This document shows, piece by piece, positions 44,575-55,258 of a stretch of 64,000 nucleotides of DNA (position 1 is its first letter; each line of letters starts with the position of its first letter). The stretch is taken from NCBI GenBank assembly GCA_019752125.1, contig JAIEMM010000002.1:67062-131061 (forward strand), given 5' to 3'. The notes under the pieces are model-generated. The model was not told where the DNA came from. It made no database searches and saw nothing but the letters and a program-made list of their open reading frames with translations. The translations under genes and the position numbers were made by a program. This stretch comes from Patescibacteria group bacterium. Lineage in GTDB: Bacteria > Patescibacteriota > Minisyncoccia > Phycocordibacterales > SBAW01.

Positions 44575-46302
44575 CTATATACGTCGATAGATTACAAAAT
44601 CTCCGACGCGAGCCTGCTCTTTTAACACAGGGATCCTTGAGTATTCACCCACTTCCCCCGTTTGCGACACAACAAGTGTAATGTCTAGCAAGTCAAAGGC
44701 TTTGGCCCATGGCAAGGCATAAAATGCCGCATAGCCTTGGGAAAGTTTTCCAAACTCCTCTTCTGGGACAGCGGAGGGGTCACCAAACTTCTCTCGCAAC
44801 CACAACCCCCACAGACGATCGCCCACATGATGCGCTTCTGTGCGAATTGTATTTTCAAAATCTTTTGGCACTATTCCCTTTAAACGATATTCCAAGAAAA
44901 GTCGGTTCTCAAAGAATGTCTGAGGGATCGGATAGCTGCCCGCATTTACACTGTTTGGGGCATCGTCATGAGTGTAGATGGGAATAAAATCCGATGAATA
45001 TTCATCTGTCCAAACCACCTGGGGCGCTTCAATAGTATTGAGATACGCAACCAGCGGTCCATACTTTTGTTGCGACAAAGCATTCGCACGAGTGCTCTGA
45101 TACCATGGCGCCAAAAATCCCATGCTGTTGTAAACGAGAACGAGGAGCAGTGCAGCAGTAAGAGCCGGGCGGAAACGAATTGCCACAAATCGTTCAATCA
45201 GATATCCCGCAAACAACCCTGCAAGCACTCCCGCTAGAGGTTTAGTGAGGTACCAATGGTAATGACCAGGCTGAAGATATGAACCAGTGAGCATTTGTTG
45301 ATTAAGCACACACAGCAAGGCCGCTGAAATAATGAGAAAGAACACCTTGCCTGGTTTCGAAAATCCTTTTGGCCACAAAAACCCGACCACAAGCGCTATC
45401 AAGGGAAGAAGTGCTCCGAGTATAAACTCACGGCGATGAACAAGGCCGAGAAATTGTGAAAGATGTTCGTAGCCAGGCAATGCAGAAAGCGCCATGTAGT
45501 TAAAAAGGAATGGAACCGCGGCCAACAATCCTACGGTCCCGGAGAGAAATATGTATGATGCGTGCTCGTACTTTCGCTGTATAAGGAACCACCCAAACGA
45601 GAGGACCATAACAAGACCAAGAAATGTATACGTGAACGGTGTTATATAGAGCGTCGCTCCAACAAGCAGCCCGATAACAATGGTTTTCCACAACACAGCT
45701 TTTTCATGCCCGTCCGCCGTGGCAGATTGGAAAAACTCGCGGAACATACGCAACAACGAAGCAAACATAAAGATTCCTGCGATCGAGGGATTTACGAGAC
45801 GCGAAAAGAATACAAAAGGACCGCCAGAAGGACTACCTCGAAGAAGATCAAGAAATGGTGCGGGTGAAAACGCAATCAAGTTGTATCCAAACATCGGAAC
45901 CGCAGCGGCCAAAAGCGATGCAATGCGCGAACCTGAAAGCGCAAAGGCAAGCGCATAGATAAGTATGGTGATTATAAATACAGAAACTGATTTCGAAATA
46001 ATCGCTGCACGCGCAGGCTCTACATGAATTGCTTTTGCAAATAGTGCAATTATGTCCTCGCCCAAAGGCGGCGTTGCGTACGGAATATTTTTATTTGGGA
46101 GAAATGTATTACCCGCAGTACTGTGACCCTCTGACACTTCCACAATGCGCGCCAAATAATGATTTTCTGCATCGTGCATCATCATTTCTATACCCTTAAA
46201 TTCTGGCTCTCTCCACAACATAAGGTTTGGGGCAAGCACAATAAGCGCGGCAACTAAGGCGAGAGTGAGCGCAGCCCAATGTTCTTTTACGAGGAGTTTC
46301 AT
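44575..46302 (-). CDS. Large polytopic membrane protein, possibly a GT-C-fold glycosyltransferase. Start probably at ATG 46300-46302 (MKLLVKEHW), which overlaps the asnB stop as ATGA
   Basis: At least 11 predicted TM helices, an acidic DAE motif in the first extracytoplasmic loop and a C-terminal soluble domain. No specific family recognised. Confidence 0.5.
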   Translation of the reverse strand: MKLLVKEHWAALTLALVAALIVLAPNLMLWREPEFKGIEMMMHDAENHYLARIVEVSEGHSTAGNTFLPNKNIPYATPPLGEDIIALFAKAIHVEPARAAIISKSVSVFIITILIYALAFALSGSRIASLLAAAVPMFGYNLIAFSPAPFLDLLRGSPSGGPFVFFSRLVNPSIAGIFMFASLLRMFREFFQSATADGHEKAVLWKTIVIGLLVGATLYITPFTYTFLGLVMVLSFGWFLIQRKYEHASYIFLSGTVGLLAAVPFLFNYMALSALPGYEHLSQFLGLVHRREFILGALLPLIALVVGFLWPKGFSKPGKVFFLIISAALLCVLNQQMLTGSYLQPGHYHWYLTKPLAGVLAGLFAGYLIERFVAIRFRPALTAALLLVLVYNSMGFLAPWYQSTRANALSQQKYGPLVAYLNTIEAPQVVWTDEYSSDFIPIYTHDDAPNSVNAGSYPIPQTFFENRLFLEYRLKGIVPKDFENTIRTEAHHVGDRLWGLWLREKFGDPSAVPEEEFGKLSQGYAAFYALPWAKAFDLLDITLVVSQTGEVGEYSRIPVLKEQARVGDFVIYRRI

Positions 46303-48152
46303 TGTTGTACCCATTGATGATGCCATAGATGGAGCATGAGAAGCGAGAATAGTTTTTTTGAATGATTGCGCGTGCCTTCAATATGTTCTTCCACGTAGCG
46401 TGAGACTACGCGTGGCTCACACAAACCCGCCTTACGTACGTTAGATTCTGAAAGTGTCTCAGTGAGGAGCTCCTTCCACTCACCGCGCAACCACTGCCCT
46501 ACTGGCAACCCAAACCCATGTTTCTTTCTCCATGCAATAGAGTGTGGGAGTTTTTGTTCTGCAAGACGACGTAGAATATATTTGCCTCGGCCTCGATTCA
46601 ATTTTAAATGAGAAGGAAGGGTAAGCGCATATTCAGCTACTGCTCTGTCCAAAAACGGTGCCCTTGTTTCAAGCGACGCACACATGCTCGCACGGTCTGC
46701 TTTTGTTAAATACAGTTCAAGAAGAGCCCGCGAATACCACCATGAAGATTGTGTAAGTGGGGGCGCGCCAGATGCTTCTGAAAATATGTGTTCATCTCGT
46801 TTTGCAATGGAGTGTATCGTATCGCGGTGCGCCGGCGTGAGAAGCTGCGATATTTCCTGCTCTGAAAATGCCGCGAGCCATGCGTGGTGGACCTTAGGAG
46901 GCGCCTTGTCTGCCCCTTTAAGAAACTGTCGCGCCTTAAAATCAAAACTCATGTAGCCGTGTGATACCGGCAAATGATCTACTGCAGAGGAAATACCTTT
47001 CCTTACTGCCTGCGGAAGAAACTTATAGCCATGAAGAAGCTGCTGTGCAAAAAAAGTTGGATACCCTAAAAACAATTCATCACTACCATCACCTGAGAGC
47101 GCGACGGTGATTTTTTCGCGAGCAAAGCTTGAAAGAAGGTGGAGCGGGAGAGTGGCAGGATCTGCGATTGGCTCATCCACATACCCAGCCATAGTGTGGA
47201 GCGCCCCCTCTATATCTTTAGCATTAAGAATATGTTCATGGTGAATTGTGCCTATATGTTTTGCTACTTGCCGCGCATACGACGACTCATCGAAACTTTT
47301 CTCATCAAACCCAACAGAAAATGTGTGTACTTCTCCTGCAAGTTTTTTTGCATACGCTGCAATAAGAGATGAGTCGATGCCACCGGAGAGAAATACTCCG
47401 AGTGGCACATCGCTCACAAGCTGTCGCCCTACTGCTGCTTCGAGCAACGTATCGAGTTCTTTAAGAGCGACTGCTTCTGAAACAGGACTCGGCGTAAAAG
47501 ATGGGTGCCAATAGCGTTCTTCACGTAGGCCGGAACGGGTCACTACAAGGTATGTTGCCGGCGGCACTTTTGAAATATGCTCAAACATTGAAAACGGTGC
47601 CGCCGAGACATCGTATGAAAGATATGAGGCGAGCCCTTCTGAACTCACTGTATGTGCTATGCCCGTATGAGCAAAAAGAGCTTTTGGTTCAGACGCAAAC
47701 ATAAGTGTGCGCTCGGTTCGTATGTAATAAAGAGGTTTTTCTCCGAAACGATCGCGAGCAAGAAACAACGTATCGTTTGAGCCATCATAGAGACCTATAC
47801 TGAACATCCCTTCAAGGCGTGCAAACATTTTTTCTCCCTCCTCCTCAAAGAGTGCAAGTATAACTTCTGTATCTGATTGAGTAGAAAATGTACGCCCCTT
47901 TGATTCCAACTCCTTACGAAGTTCTTTGTAGTTATAGATCTCTCCGTTAAATACGATAGAGAGATTTTTCCTATGCATCGGTTGCGCTGCAGCTGGAGAA
48001 AGATCAATAATGGCAAGACGTCTGTGCGCTAAACCCACATCCTTCCCCTCCCATACGCCCTGCCCATCAGGTCCACGATGCGCAAGTATGTCATTTATGC
48101 GCGAAAGCTCGTCTTTGCTTCCTTCACCAAAATATCCACCAATGCCACACAT
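46299..48152 (-). CDS. asnB: Asparagine synthetase (glutamine-hydrolysing), AsnB family. Start is the ATG giving MCGIGGYF
   Basis: N-terminal Cys2 Ntn-amidotransferase domain, PP-loop SGGIDSS and full length of about 617 aa. Confidence 0.88.
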   Translation of the reverse strand: MCGIGGYFGEGSKDELSRINDILAHRGPDGQGVWEGKDVGLAHRRLAIIDLSPAAAQPMHRKNLSIVFNGEIYNYKELRKELESKGRTFSTQSDTEVILALFEEEGEKMFARLEGMFSIGLYDGSNDTLFLARDRFGEKPLYYIRTERTLMFASEPKALFAHTGIAHTVSSEGLASYLSYDVSAAPFSMFEHISKVPPATYLVVTRSGLREERYWHPSFTPSPVSEAVALKELDTLLEAAVGRQLVSDVPLGVFLSGGIDSSLIAAYAKKLAGEVHTFSVGFDEKSFDESSYARQVAKHIGTIHHEHILNAKDIEGALHTMAGYVDEPIADPATLPLHLLSSFAREKITVALSGDGSDELFLGYPTFFAQQLLHGYKFLPQAVRKGISSAVDHLPVSHGYMSFDFKARQFLKGADKAPPKVHHAWLAAFSEQEISQLLTPAHRDTIHSIAKRDEHIFSEASGAPPLTQSSWWYSRALLELYLTKADRASMCASLETRAPFLDRAVAEYALTLPSHLKLNRGRGKYILRRLAEQKLPHSIAWRKKHGFGLPVGQWLRGEWKELLTETLSESNVRKAGLCEPRVVSRYVEEHIEGTRNHSKKLFSLLMLHLWHHQWVQQ

Positions 48153-48164
48153 ATACAATGCATT

Positions 48165-49124
48165 TTATACTTCCTCCTCGTATATTTGTGCAATTGAAAA
48201 TGGGCGCTTGTTTTGAGATTCGTAATACGTGCGGACAATAATTTCCGCAAGAACACCAAAAAGTACAAATTGAACGCCGACTATGACAAACAATGCCGCG
48301 AGGTTTGGAAGCGGTGTTTCAATAAGCGTAGGACCGCCGGCAAACTTGACGCCAAACGCTACACACAGAGTTACAAAACCAGCAATGATACTCACAAACC
48401 CCCAACCACCAAAGAATCGCATCGGGTGGTTGAAGTACCGACGCATAAAGGCAACAAATACCAAGTCGAGAAGTACCCGCACAATGCGCCCAAAACCGTA
48501 TTTGCTTCTACCAAACCGACGAGGCTCAAACGAGACTGGCACTTCAGCGATTAGTCCGCCACGCCACGCAGCAAATGCCGCCACAAAACGATGCATGTCG
48601 CCGTACAGACGGATATCCTGCACAACCTCTGCCTTATATGCCTTGAGTGTGCATCCGTAGTCGTGCAAGTACACACCGGTAAAAAATGATATGAGTTCGT
48701 TTGCCATAACCGATGGGAGGCGACGCGCGAAAAACTCATTTTTCCAACGGCCCTGTCGCCACCCAGACACGACTGTAAAACCCTCATCGAGTTTTTCTAC
48801 AAGTTTCGGTATGTCGCGTGGGTCGTTTTCAAGGTCAGAATCGATCGTAACTATTACGTCACCGCGCGCGCGTTCTATACCTGCCGCAAGTGCTGCTGTT
48901 TGGCCAAAATTACGTCCAAAACGGATAAGACTAACGGGCATAGTCCCCTTCTCGCGAAGGATCGCATCTACCGTGCCATCGTTTGACCCGTCATCAACCA
49001 TTACAAGCTCAAAAGAGCCGAAGGAAGGTGCCGCTTCGCGGATACGTTCAAAAAATAAAGGCATACTTTCCGCTTCGTTATACAGCGGAACTACGATGGA
49101 AAGTTTGGGCGCTCTTACGCTCAT
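48165..49124 (-). CDS. GT2-family glycosyltransferase (polyprenyl-phosphate sugar transferase, DPM1/ArnC/GtrB-like) with C-terminal TM helices
   Basis: LSIVVPLYNE and DDGSNDGT motifs, DSD, and two C-terminal TM helices. Start taken as MSVRAPK (ATG 49122-24). Confidence 0.78.
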   Translation of the reverse strand: MSVRAPKLSIVVPLYNEAESMPLFFERIREAAPSFGSFELVMVDDGSNDGTVDAILREKGTMPVSLIRFGRNFGQTAALAAGIERARGDVIVTIDSDLENDPRDIPKLVEKLDEGFTVVSGWRQGRWKNEFFARRLPSVMANELISFFTGVYLHDYGCTLKAYKAEVVQDIRLYGDMHRFVAAFAAWRGGLIAEVPVSFEPRRFGRSKYGFGRIVRVLLDLVFVAFMRRYFNHPMRFFGGWGFVSIIAGFVTLCVAFGVKFAGGPTLIETPLPNLAALFVIVGVQFVLFGVLAEIIVRTYYESQNKRPFSIAQIYEEEV

Positions 49125-49146
49125 GGCGGCATGGTACCATGCGGAC

Positions 49147-50031
49147 ATGATTATCGCGAAGCTGCAAGGAGGGTTGGGAAATCAAATGTTCCAGTACGCA
49201 TTTGGTCGTGCACTCGCAGAGAAATACGGCGTTCCACTCAAGCTGGATGTCACGATGTTTCCTTCGTATAAGTATCACAGCCTCACAATAGACAAGCTCG
49301 CAATTACCGCACCCTTCGCGACAAACTCAGAGATACGACGTTTTACAATTCATCGCCGCCGCCCGAATTGGCCGTGGAAGATTTTAAACCTATTCCTACA
49401 CAATCCTAAAAAATACGTCGTAGAAAAAACCTCCTATTACTATCCTGAAGTCCTCGAGACACAACCTCCTTGTCTAGTTGATGGCTACTGGCTTACAGAA
49501 AAATATTTCTTAGATATCGAACCCCTCATTCGAAATGAGTTTGCCATTAGAGGAGAGTCCAACGACTACACAAGACAGATGGAAGAAAAAATTAAAGCCG
49601 CAGAGCACCCTGTCATGCTCCACGTACGACGTATGGACTTTGCACACGACTCAACAATGAAGAAATTTCATGGCACCGTATCTCCTGAATATTACGAACG
49701 TTCGATCGCATATATACGTGAGCGCATTCAAAACCCGACATTCTTTGTTTTCTCCGATGATCCTGAATGGGCGCGGGCAAACATACACCCAGGCGCACCG
49801 ACAGAATATATCGGCCAAGGCGCACAGTGGAACTATCTCGACCTCTACCTTATGACACTCTGCGAACATTTCATTCTGGCTAACAGCACCTTTGGGTGGT
49901 GGGGCGCATGGCTCTCGAAGCACTATCGCAAGAATATAACCATCATGCCTAAATATATGAGCATAAAAATGGATTCTCGTGACTTGGCCTGCCCAGGATG
50001 GGTAGTCTTCGATGACAAATCACTTCGCTAG
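49147..50031 (+). CDS. GT11-family glycosyltransferase (alpha-1,2-fucosyltransferase-like)
   Basis: N-terminal GGLGNQMFQYA signature. The track ORF start (48691) is a spurious antisense extension, and the start is taken at MIIAKLQGGLGNQ. Confidence 0.72.
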   Translation: MIIAKLQGGLGNQMFQYAFGRALAEKYGVPLKLDVTMFPSYKYHSLTIDKLAITAPFATNSEIRRFTIHRRRPNWPWKILNLFLHNPKKYVVEKTSYYYPEVLETQPPCLVDGYWLTEKYFLDIEPLIRNEFAIRGESNDYTRQMEEKIKAAEHPVMLHVRRMDFAHDSTMKKFHGTVSPEYYERSIAYIRERIQNPTFFVFSDDPEWARANIHPGAPTEYIGQGAQWNYLDLYLMTLCEHFILANSTFGWWGAWLSKHYRKNITIMPKYMSIKMDSRDLACPGWVVFDDKSLR

Positions 50032-50046
50032 AAATCAAAAAGGTAC

Positions 50047-51357
50047 ATGCTATACTCTTCATCACGTATGAAGAAACAGGCCCAAAAGTCCGTAAAGATT
50101 ACTCCAGCTCTACGAGCCCTTATAAAGAAGGCAGTTACTGAATCTGATTGGCTCCACCATCCAGAACCGGGGCGCGTAAACAATGGTTGGCCTATGTTTG
50201 ATGAGAAGGAAGTGTTAAACGCGCTTGATGCACTTCTCAATGTTCGTATCTCGCAAGGCGTAAAAGTGCAGCTCTTCGAGGAGATGGCCGCGAAATATGT
50301 CGGTACCAAATATGCAGTTGCGTGCAACTCGGGCTCATCTGCAAACCTTCTTGCACTTACCGCACTCATTGCATCAGGCAAAGTTAAACGCGGAGATGAA
50401 GTAATAATCCCTGCCACAACATTTGCCACGGTCGCCTCGCCTATCGTCCAAGCAGGTCTTATACCGGTATACGTGGACGTTGACCAGAATTCTTGGAACC
50501 TCGATATAAAAGAAGTTGAGAAAGCTATCGGTCCTAAAACTCGCGTGCTTATGCCCGTCCACACCTTCGGCAACCCCGTCGACATGCCCGCAATTATGAA
50601 AATTGCTAAAAAGCATAAACTGATTGTGCTCGAGGACTGCTGTGAAGCACACGGTGCCGCAATAGGTAAGAAAAAGGTTGGTTCATTCGGCGACATTTCC
50701 ACACTATCGTTTTTCGTCGCCCACAACATAACCACCGGCGAGGGCGGCATGATATTTACAAACGACAAGAAGCTCGATGAACTATTGCGCTCACTCCGCG
50801 AGTTCGGCCGCGTTTCCAACGATGTAATGAAAAACGAGCGTTTTACGCATGGAGACAAGGTACTGAAAGGTTTTGACGCGCGTTATATTTTTCTTCGCTT
50901 GGGCTACAACATGCGCATGACGGATATCACAGCGTCACTTGGCATCGAACAGATCAAGAAACTCGACTCGTTCAACAAGCAGCGCATCCGCAATGTAGAG
51001 GCATATCTTAAAGCCCTTGCTCCATACGAAAAATTCTTGATATTGCCAACTATCCGCAAAGGCACGTTCCACAGCTTCTATGGCTTCCCATTCTTGATAA
51101 AGAAAGACGCCCCGTTCTCCCGAATGGACTTTGTAAAATTCCTCGAGGCGCGCGGCATAGAGACACGACCTTTCTTTGGAGGATGCCTCCCAGACCAACC
51201 CGCATTTCGTGATGAACCAAAACGTGTTGTAGGCAACCTTCCTGTAGCTCGCTGGACCCGCGACTGGAGTATTTTCGTTGGGTGCCACCCAGCTCTTACC
51301 GCCGACCACATCAAACACGTAACGAAGGCTTTTAAAGAATTCCTTTCACAGTACTAA
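50047..51357 (+). CDS. DegT/DnrJ/EryC1/StrS-family PLP-dependent sugar aminotransferase/dehydratase
   Basis: Fold-type I aminotransferase of the DegT family (GDEVIIPATTFATV, SFFVAHNITTGEGG). The start may be the Met at 50068 (MKKQAQ...). Confidence 0.82.
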   Translation: MLYSSSRMKKQAQKSVKITPALRALIKKAVTESDWLHHPEPGRVNNGWPMFDEKEVLNALDALLNVRISQGVKVQLFEEMAAKYVGTKYAVACNSGSSANLLALTALIASGKVKRGDEVIIPATTFATVASPIVQAGLIPVYVDVDQNSWNLDIKEVEKAIGPKTRVLMPVHTFGNPVDMPAIMKIAKKHKLIVLEDCCEAHGAAIGKKKVGSFGDISTLSFFVAHNITTGEGGMIFTNDKKLDELLRSLREFGRVSNDVMKNERFTHGDKVLKGFDARYIFLRLGYNMRMTDITASLGIEQIKKLDSFNKQRIRNVEAYLKALAPYEKFLILPTIRKGTFHSFYGFPFLIKKDAPFSRMDFVKFLEARGIETRPFFGGCLPDQPAFRDEPKRVVGNLPVARWTRDWSIFVGCHPALTADHIKHVTKAFKEFLSQY

Positions 51358-51361
51358 CGCT

Positions 51362-52306
51362 ATGGAAAAACGTACGCACGTGCTTGTAACGGGCGCGAGC
51401 GGATTTCTCGGCAAAACCCTTATTCCTCTTCTTGAAGAAAATGGATATGGTGTCCAAACTCTTGGGCGAGGCGAAGCTCCATTTCCCCATCTCACTCACT
51501 ACAAAGCAGATGCTTCTGTGGAAATTCCGTGTGCCGCAGTAGAACATACCGACGCCATAGTTCACCTTGCAAGCGACGTTGCTATTGCAAAGTCTATACA
51601 AGAGCCTGCGGAGCACATCAAAACAAATCTTTCCATGACATTGAATGTGCTTGAGGCCTGCAAACAAGCCGGTCGCTCCCCTCTTTTCATCTATATCTCT
51701 ACCGACCGAGTGTATGGCAAAGCAACAAACACCGTGGATGAAGAGTCTGCAGTATTCCCTGTTGAACCATACGTTGCAGCAAAATTAATGAGCGAAACTG
51801 CTGTCGCCACATATGCACACCTACTTGGTATGTCGTACGCCATTATACGCACAAGCGCCGTGTTCGGTCCCTTTCAACCACGCCGTGGTTTTATTTCAGA
51901 CATGATATGTAAAATGCTTGAGCAAGACAGTATAACGGTAGGGCCACTGCAGGGAGTTAAAAACTTTACCTATGCACGCAATTTTGCTGATTCCATTCTA
52001 CGACTACTCGAAGCTGGACCAACCGCACTCAATCGCATCTATAACATAGGCGGCGCCCCATACTCATTGAGCCACATGCTAGAAACTGCACGAAATATAA
52101 TTGAGCGGCAAGATGGAAAACACATCACCGTACATATCGATGAGTCTATAAAGATTCCTGACAAGCACGACATAGGGCCGTTTAGACTTTCAACACAAGC
52201 AGCTCAGGAACGACTGGGCTGGAAAGAGAGTGTGTCTCTTGAAGAAGGTCTTGAAAAAACGATAGACTATTTTCGGCGCACTCTTAAAAACCCGAGCAGT
52301 ATGTAG
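51362..52306 (+). CDS. NAD-dependent nucleotide-sugar epimerase/dehydratase (extended SDR)
   Basis: VTGASGFLG motif and YVAAK. Confidence 0.8.
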   Translation: MEKRTHVLVTGASGFLGKTLIPLLEENGYGVQTLGRGEAPFPHLTHYKADASVEIPCAAVEHTDAIVHLASDVAIAKSIQEPAEHIKTNLSMTLNVLEACKQAGRSPLFIYISTDRVYGKATNTVDEESAVFPVEPYVAAKLMSETAVATYAHLLGMSYAIIRTSAVFGPFQPRRGFISDMICKMLEQDSITVGPLQGVKNFTYARNFADSILRLLEAGPTALNRIYNIGGAPYSLSHMLETARNIIERQDGKHITVHIDESIKIPDKHDIGPFRLSTQAAQERLGWKESVSLEEGLEKTIDYFRRTLKNPSSM

Positions 52307-53004
52307 TACTGGTAGAAGCCCCAAAGATACCAATAGAGATAGGATTTAATCCATCCCATAAGTGCGAAGCGTGAGGTTCCAACTGTCCTCTCAGTCCACT
52401 GTACTGGCACTTCAGCTATTGTTTCCCCTGAAAGATACGCTTTGAGCGTAAGCTCTATTGCGTAGGTAAAGCCTCGGGTTGACTCTATTGGCGTCTTCTT
52501 GAGAAATGATGTGCGGAAAAGTTTTGTGGCATATGTTGCATCATGAGTTGGAAGTCCAACAAGGAGGTAGAGAGAAAGGCCTGCTGTCCGCGAAAGAATT
52601 GCTTTGATTGTTCCACTGCTGCCGTGCGAACCGCCAGGCATATAGCGAGACGCAGCCACAACCGCTGCACCCGTTTCATTCATACGAGCATACATCGCAT
52701 CTACCTGACTGATAATCTCAACTGGGTCGTCTGCCATGAGCACAAGTGCAGCAGAAGCTTCAGCGCGCGCAAGACCAGTTTTCATTGCGCCTAAAACTTT
52801 TGTACCTTCGTTTACTATGAGGACGACGCGAGGGTCTTTTTCTGCAATCGGGCGAGCAACTTGAAGCGTTGTGTCTTCTAGAAAATCGTACACAACCAGC
52901 ACTCGCCATGGAGTGTGGACATGCGCACAGAGGTTTTTATACAGAGTTTCAAAATTCTCCTTTTCGTTATACACCGGGACAACAATATCCAAGCCGTTTT
53001 CCAT
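52267..53004 (-). CDS. GT2-family glycosyltransferase (polyprenyl-phosphate sugar transferase-like). Start at the internal Met (MENGLDIVVPVYNE)
   Basis: VVPVYNE motif, DD region and a C-terminal TM helix. Confidence 0.72.
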   Translation of the reverse strand: MENGLDIVVPVYNEKENFETLYKNLCAHVHTPWRVLVVYDFLEDTTLQVARPIAEKDPRVVLIVNEGTKVLGAMKTGLARAEASAALVLMADDPVEIISQVDAMYARMNETGAAVVAASRYMPGGSHGSSGTIKAILSRTAGLSLYLLVGLPTHDATYATKLFRTSFLKKTPIESTRGFTYAIELTLKAYLSGETIAEVPVQWTERTVGTSRFALMGWIKSYLYWYLWGFYQYYILLGFLRVRRK

Positions 53005-53053
53005 ATACGCGAGATGGTAGCACGTTTGCAAGGCACATCCTATACTTAAAGCC

Positions 53054-55258
53054 ATGCGCAAATTATCGTCTTTGTTTGTAACGTTTTTCCTCGCAGCTTG
53101 CACAGCAGGTTCATACATAGCCTCTATAGTAGTTTCAGAATTCGGAAATGCGGGGTCAGATCTCCAAACTTTCTACGTAGAAGGTTTTTCAAGGACACTC
53201 TTTTCTGTCTCTATATTTTTTGCACTATGTGCTGCAGCCTCCCTCACATACGCATCCTCTCCAGTATTCCGAAATAGACTTTCCAACGTATGGGCGCACC
53301 TACAGCATTACTTTGAAGGATCTCTTTTTCGGTACGCCATTCTTTCGTTTGGATCTGCTGCAGCATTTTTATTTGCACTTAATGCGCCGGGTATCATCCA
53401 CGGCACGTTTCTTATTGACGACTATGGTATGTACGCCATTGCTGTACAAAAAACCCCGTGGCAACTCTTTTGGACTCCCATTAACGACCACGTTATTCCA
53501 CTCTTTTGGTTGGAACTAAAAACAATCTTTACATTCATCGGCACTAATCCTCCCCTATTAAATTTTCCGCTCTTCCTGCCCGCTATAGTAGCCATAGGTG
53601 CGGCTGGGGTTCTTCTACGGCAACTTGGATTTGGTTTGGGGACACTCGCTGGACTCCTTATACTCTTCGGGAGCACAACTATCGTAAGCCACCAGTTGTA
53701 CGGATTTTATGCAGTGGCGCCGTATTTTCAAGTACTCGCACTACTCACGCTCTCGCTTGTATGTTTTACGCACGCACGCCAAAGTACTCGATATCCTAAA
53801 CCTTATTTCACAGCCTCACTCATCCTTATTGTCGTGTGTGTTTTGATTGAAAGCGGAGGTATTTGGGCCCCTCTTGCGCTCGCGCTTTTTGCAGTAGCGT
53901 ATCAACTTTCTAAAAAAGAAATCCTGTCTATTGAGTCTATATGGAAGGCTGTAAAGAAAGAGAAGCTGATGGTTTTCCTTTCTGTGCTCATTACCGCTGT
54001 GTATGTCGGGTATCTTGTGGTCATTCCGTATTTCTCTGATGCGTCATTTTACGGCCCAGACCGTCTCCCCATTTCAATTGCAAGCATATACGAACTGTAC
54101 AAAGTCCTAACCGCTGGAGTTCTTTCGTCGTTCCTTATGCCTCGCATGGGGCTTATCTTAAGCCAGCCGCGTTTTGAAAACGTCGAGATACTCTGGCACC
54201 TTGGGATGCTTCTGCTTTTCGTAGCGGCAGCATATATCTTCTGGTGGGCCTCAGTGAGAGGCACTATTCGTTCTCGAGTATGGGGATTGTATTTCCTTAT
54301 GCTTTCTCTTGGCACCTCTCTGCTTGTCGCAATTGCCCGCCCAAGCTCTCACGCTGTTTCGTTTTACCGAGACCAAAACTTACTCTTCCCTCTCTTTTTT
54401 ATCTCTCTTGCCTTTGTGGTCATTGGGTACGAATGGGTTCGCAGCGCTTCAAATGAACGCGGTAAGGAAATCCGCATCTCAGCAGTCGTCGCTGTTTGTG
54501 TTTTAGTGTTTGGATGCCAAATGGTATTTTCTTTCTACAAAGACCAGTACCTTGGTGATATTTATTTTAATAATTCACTCATCACAGAACTACAGGAGAC
54601 GTTAGTGCCTGCACTCAATGAACTGTCTGCACAGCATCCATCACTACCCATTCCAGTAATTGGCGGCGCGTTCCTTGGAAGCAGCGCTTACCAACTCCCC
54701 AACCTTTCAGCATTTTCTTTCTTTCTAGGGATACGAGATGTCGTTTGGATTACCCCTGGAACAAACGCTGCAACCTCATCTATGGTGTTTGCAGATGCCC
54801 TACGCCACGATGAGCGTCTACGTATGTGGTATCTCGCTCCAGGAGAAATTTCTGAAACCTGCAGTACGGAAGTGACCGGTACCGACACCCGCGAGCTTAT
54901 TCCAGAAAAACCATTGGTAGTAATACCAAGCGTAGATACAGCTAAATCAGGCAAGCTCACTTTTGGTATCATCGCCAAAGAGGCACCTGAAAAAATCCTT
55001 ATTGATATTTCTTTTAAAAATGACTTCGGTGCCACAAGCACTCTCGCCACTATACGTCTCGACCAATATACGCTTCGAGCCCAAGGAAAGGATCGCCGTT
55101 ATGCATGCGCCATTAACCTCAATGACATACCTGCATATGCACTCTCACGGACAGTGCGAACTATTTCCTTTACTGTTAGGACTCCTGGCACGTATGACGT
55201 TAGCGCGAGATTTTTGCAGAGCGGCGAAAGACTACCGAGCGATACAAAAAGAAATTAA
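53054..55258 (+). CDS. Large polytopic membrane protein (at least 12 TM) with a C-terminal soluble domain, possibly a GT-C-like glycosyltransferase/polymerase
   Basis: Hydropathy pattern, and a DD pair in the first extracytoplasmic loop (FLIDDYGMY). No specific family recognised. Confidence 0.5.
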   Translation: MRKLSSLFVTFFLAACTAGSYIASIVVSEFGNAGSDLQTFYVEGFSRTLFSVSIFFALCAAASLTYASSPVFRNRLSNVWAHLQHYFEGSLFRYAILSFGSAAAFLFALNAPGIIHGTFLIDDYGMYAIAVQKTPWQLFWTPINDHVIPLFWLELKTIFTFIGTNPPLLNFPLFLPAIVAIGAAGVLLRQLGFGLGTLAGLLILFGSTTIVSHQLYGFYAVAPYFQVLALLTLSLVCFTHARQSTRYPKPYFTASLILIVVCVLIESGGIWAPLALALFAVAYQLSKKEILSIESIWKAVKKEKLMVFLSVLITAVYVGYLVVIPYFSDASFYGPDRLPISIASIYELYKVLTAGVLSSFLMPRMGLILSQPRFENVEILWHLGMLLLFVAAAYIFWWASVRGTIRSRVWGLYFLMLSLGTSLLVAIARPSSHAVSFYRDQNLLFPLFFISLAFVVIGYEWVRSASNERGKEIRISAVVAVCVLVFGCQMVFSFYKDQYLGDIYFNNSLITELQETLVPALNELSAQHPSLPIPVIGGAFLGSSAYQLPNLSAFSFFLGIRDVVWITPGTNAATSSMVFADALRHDERLRMWYLAPGEISETCSTEVTGTDTRELIPEKPLVVIPSVDTAKSGKLTFGIIAKEAPEKILIDISFKNDFGATSTLATIRLDQYTLRAQGKDRRYACAINLNDIPAYALSRTVRTISFTVRTPGTYDVSARFLQSGERLPSDTKRN

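Noticed and set aside
49124-49148. Possible overlap of the divergent GT2 (-) and GT11 (+) genes
   Set aside because: It depends on start choice. Motif-guided starts (MSVRAPK at 49124 and MIIAKLQGGLGNQ at 49147) leave a 22-bp gap. The long track extensions on both genes are antisense artefacts of each other.
50028-50858. 276-aa minus-strand ORF antisense to the DegT aminotransferase
   Set aside because: It is completely nested antisense to a confidently identified DegT-family gene. Its sequence is low-complexity (S/F/I-rich) and has no recognisable domain.
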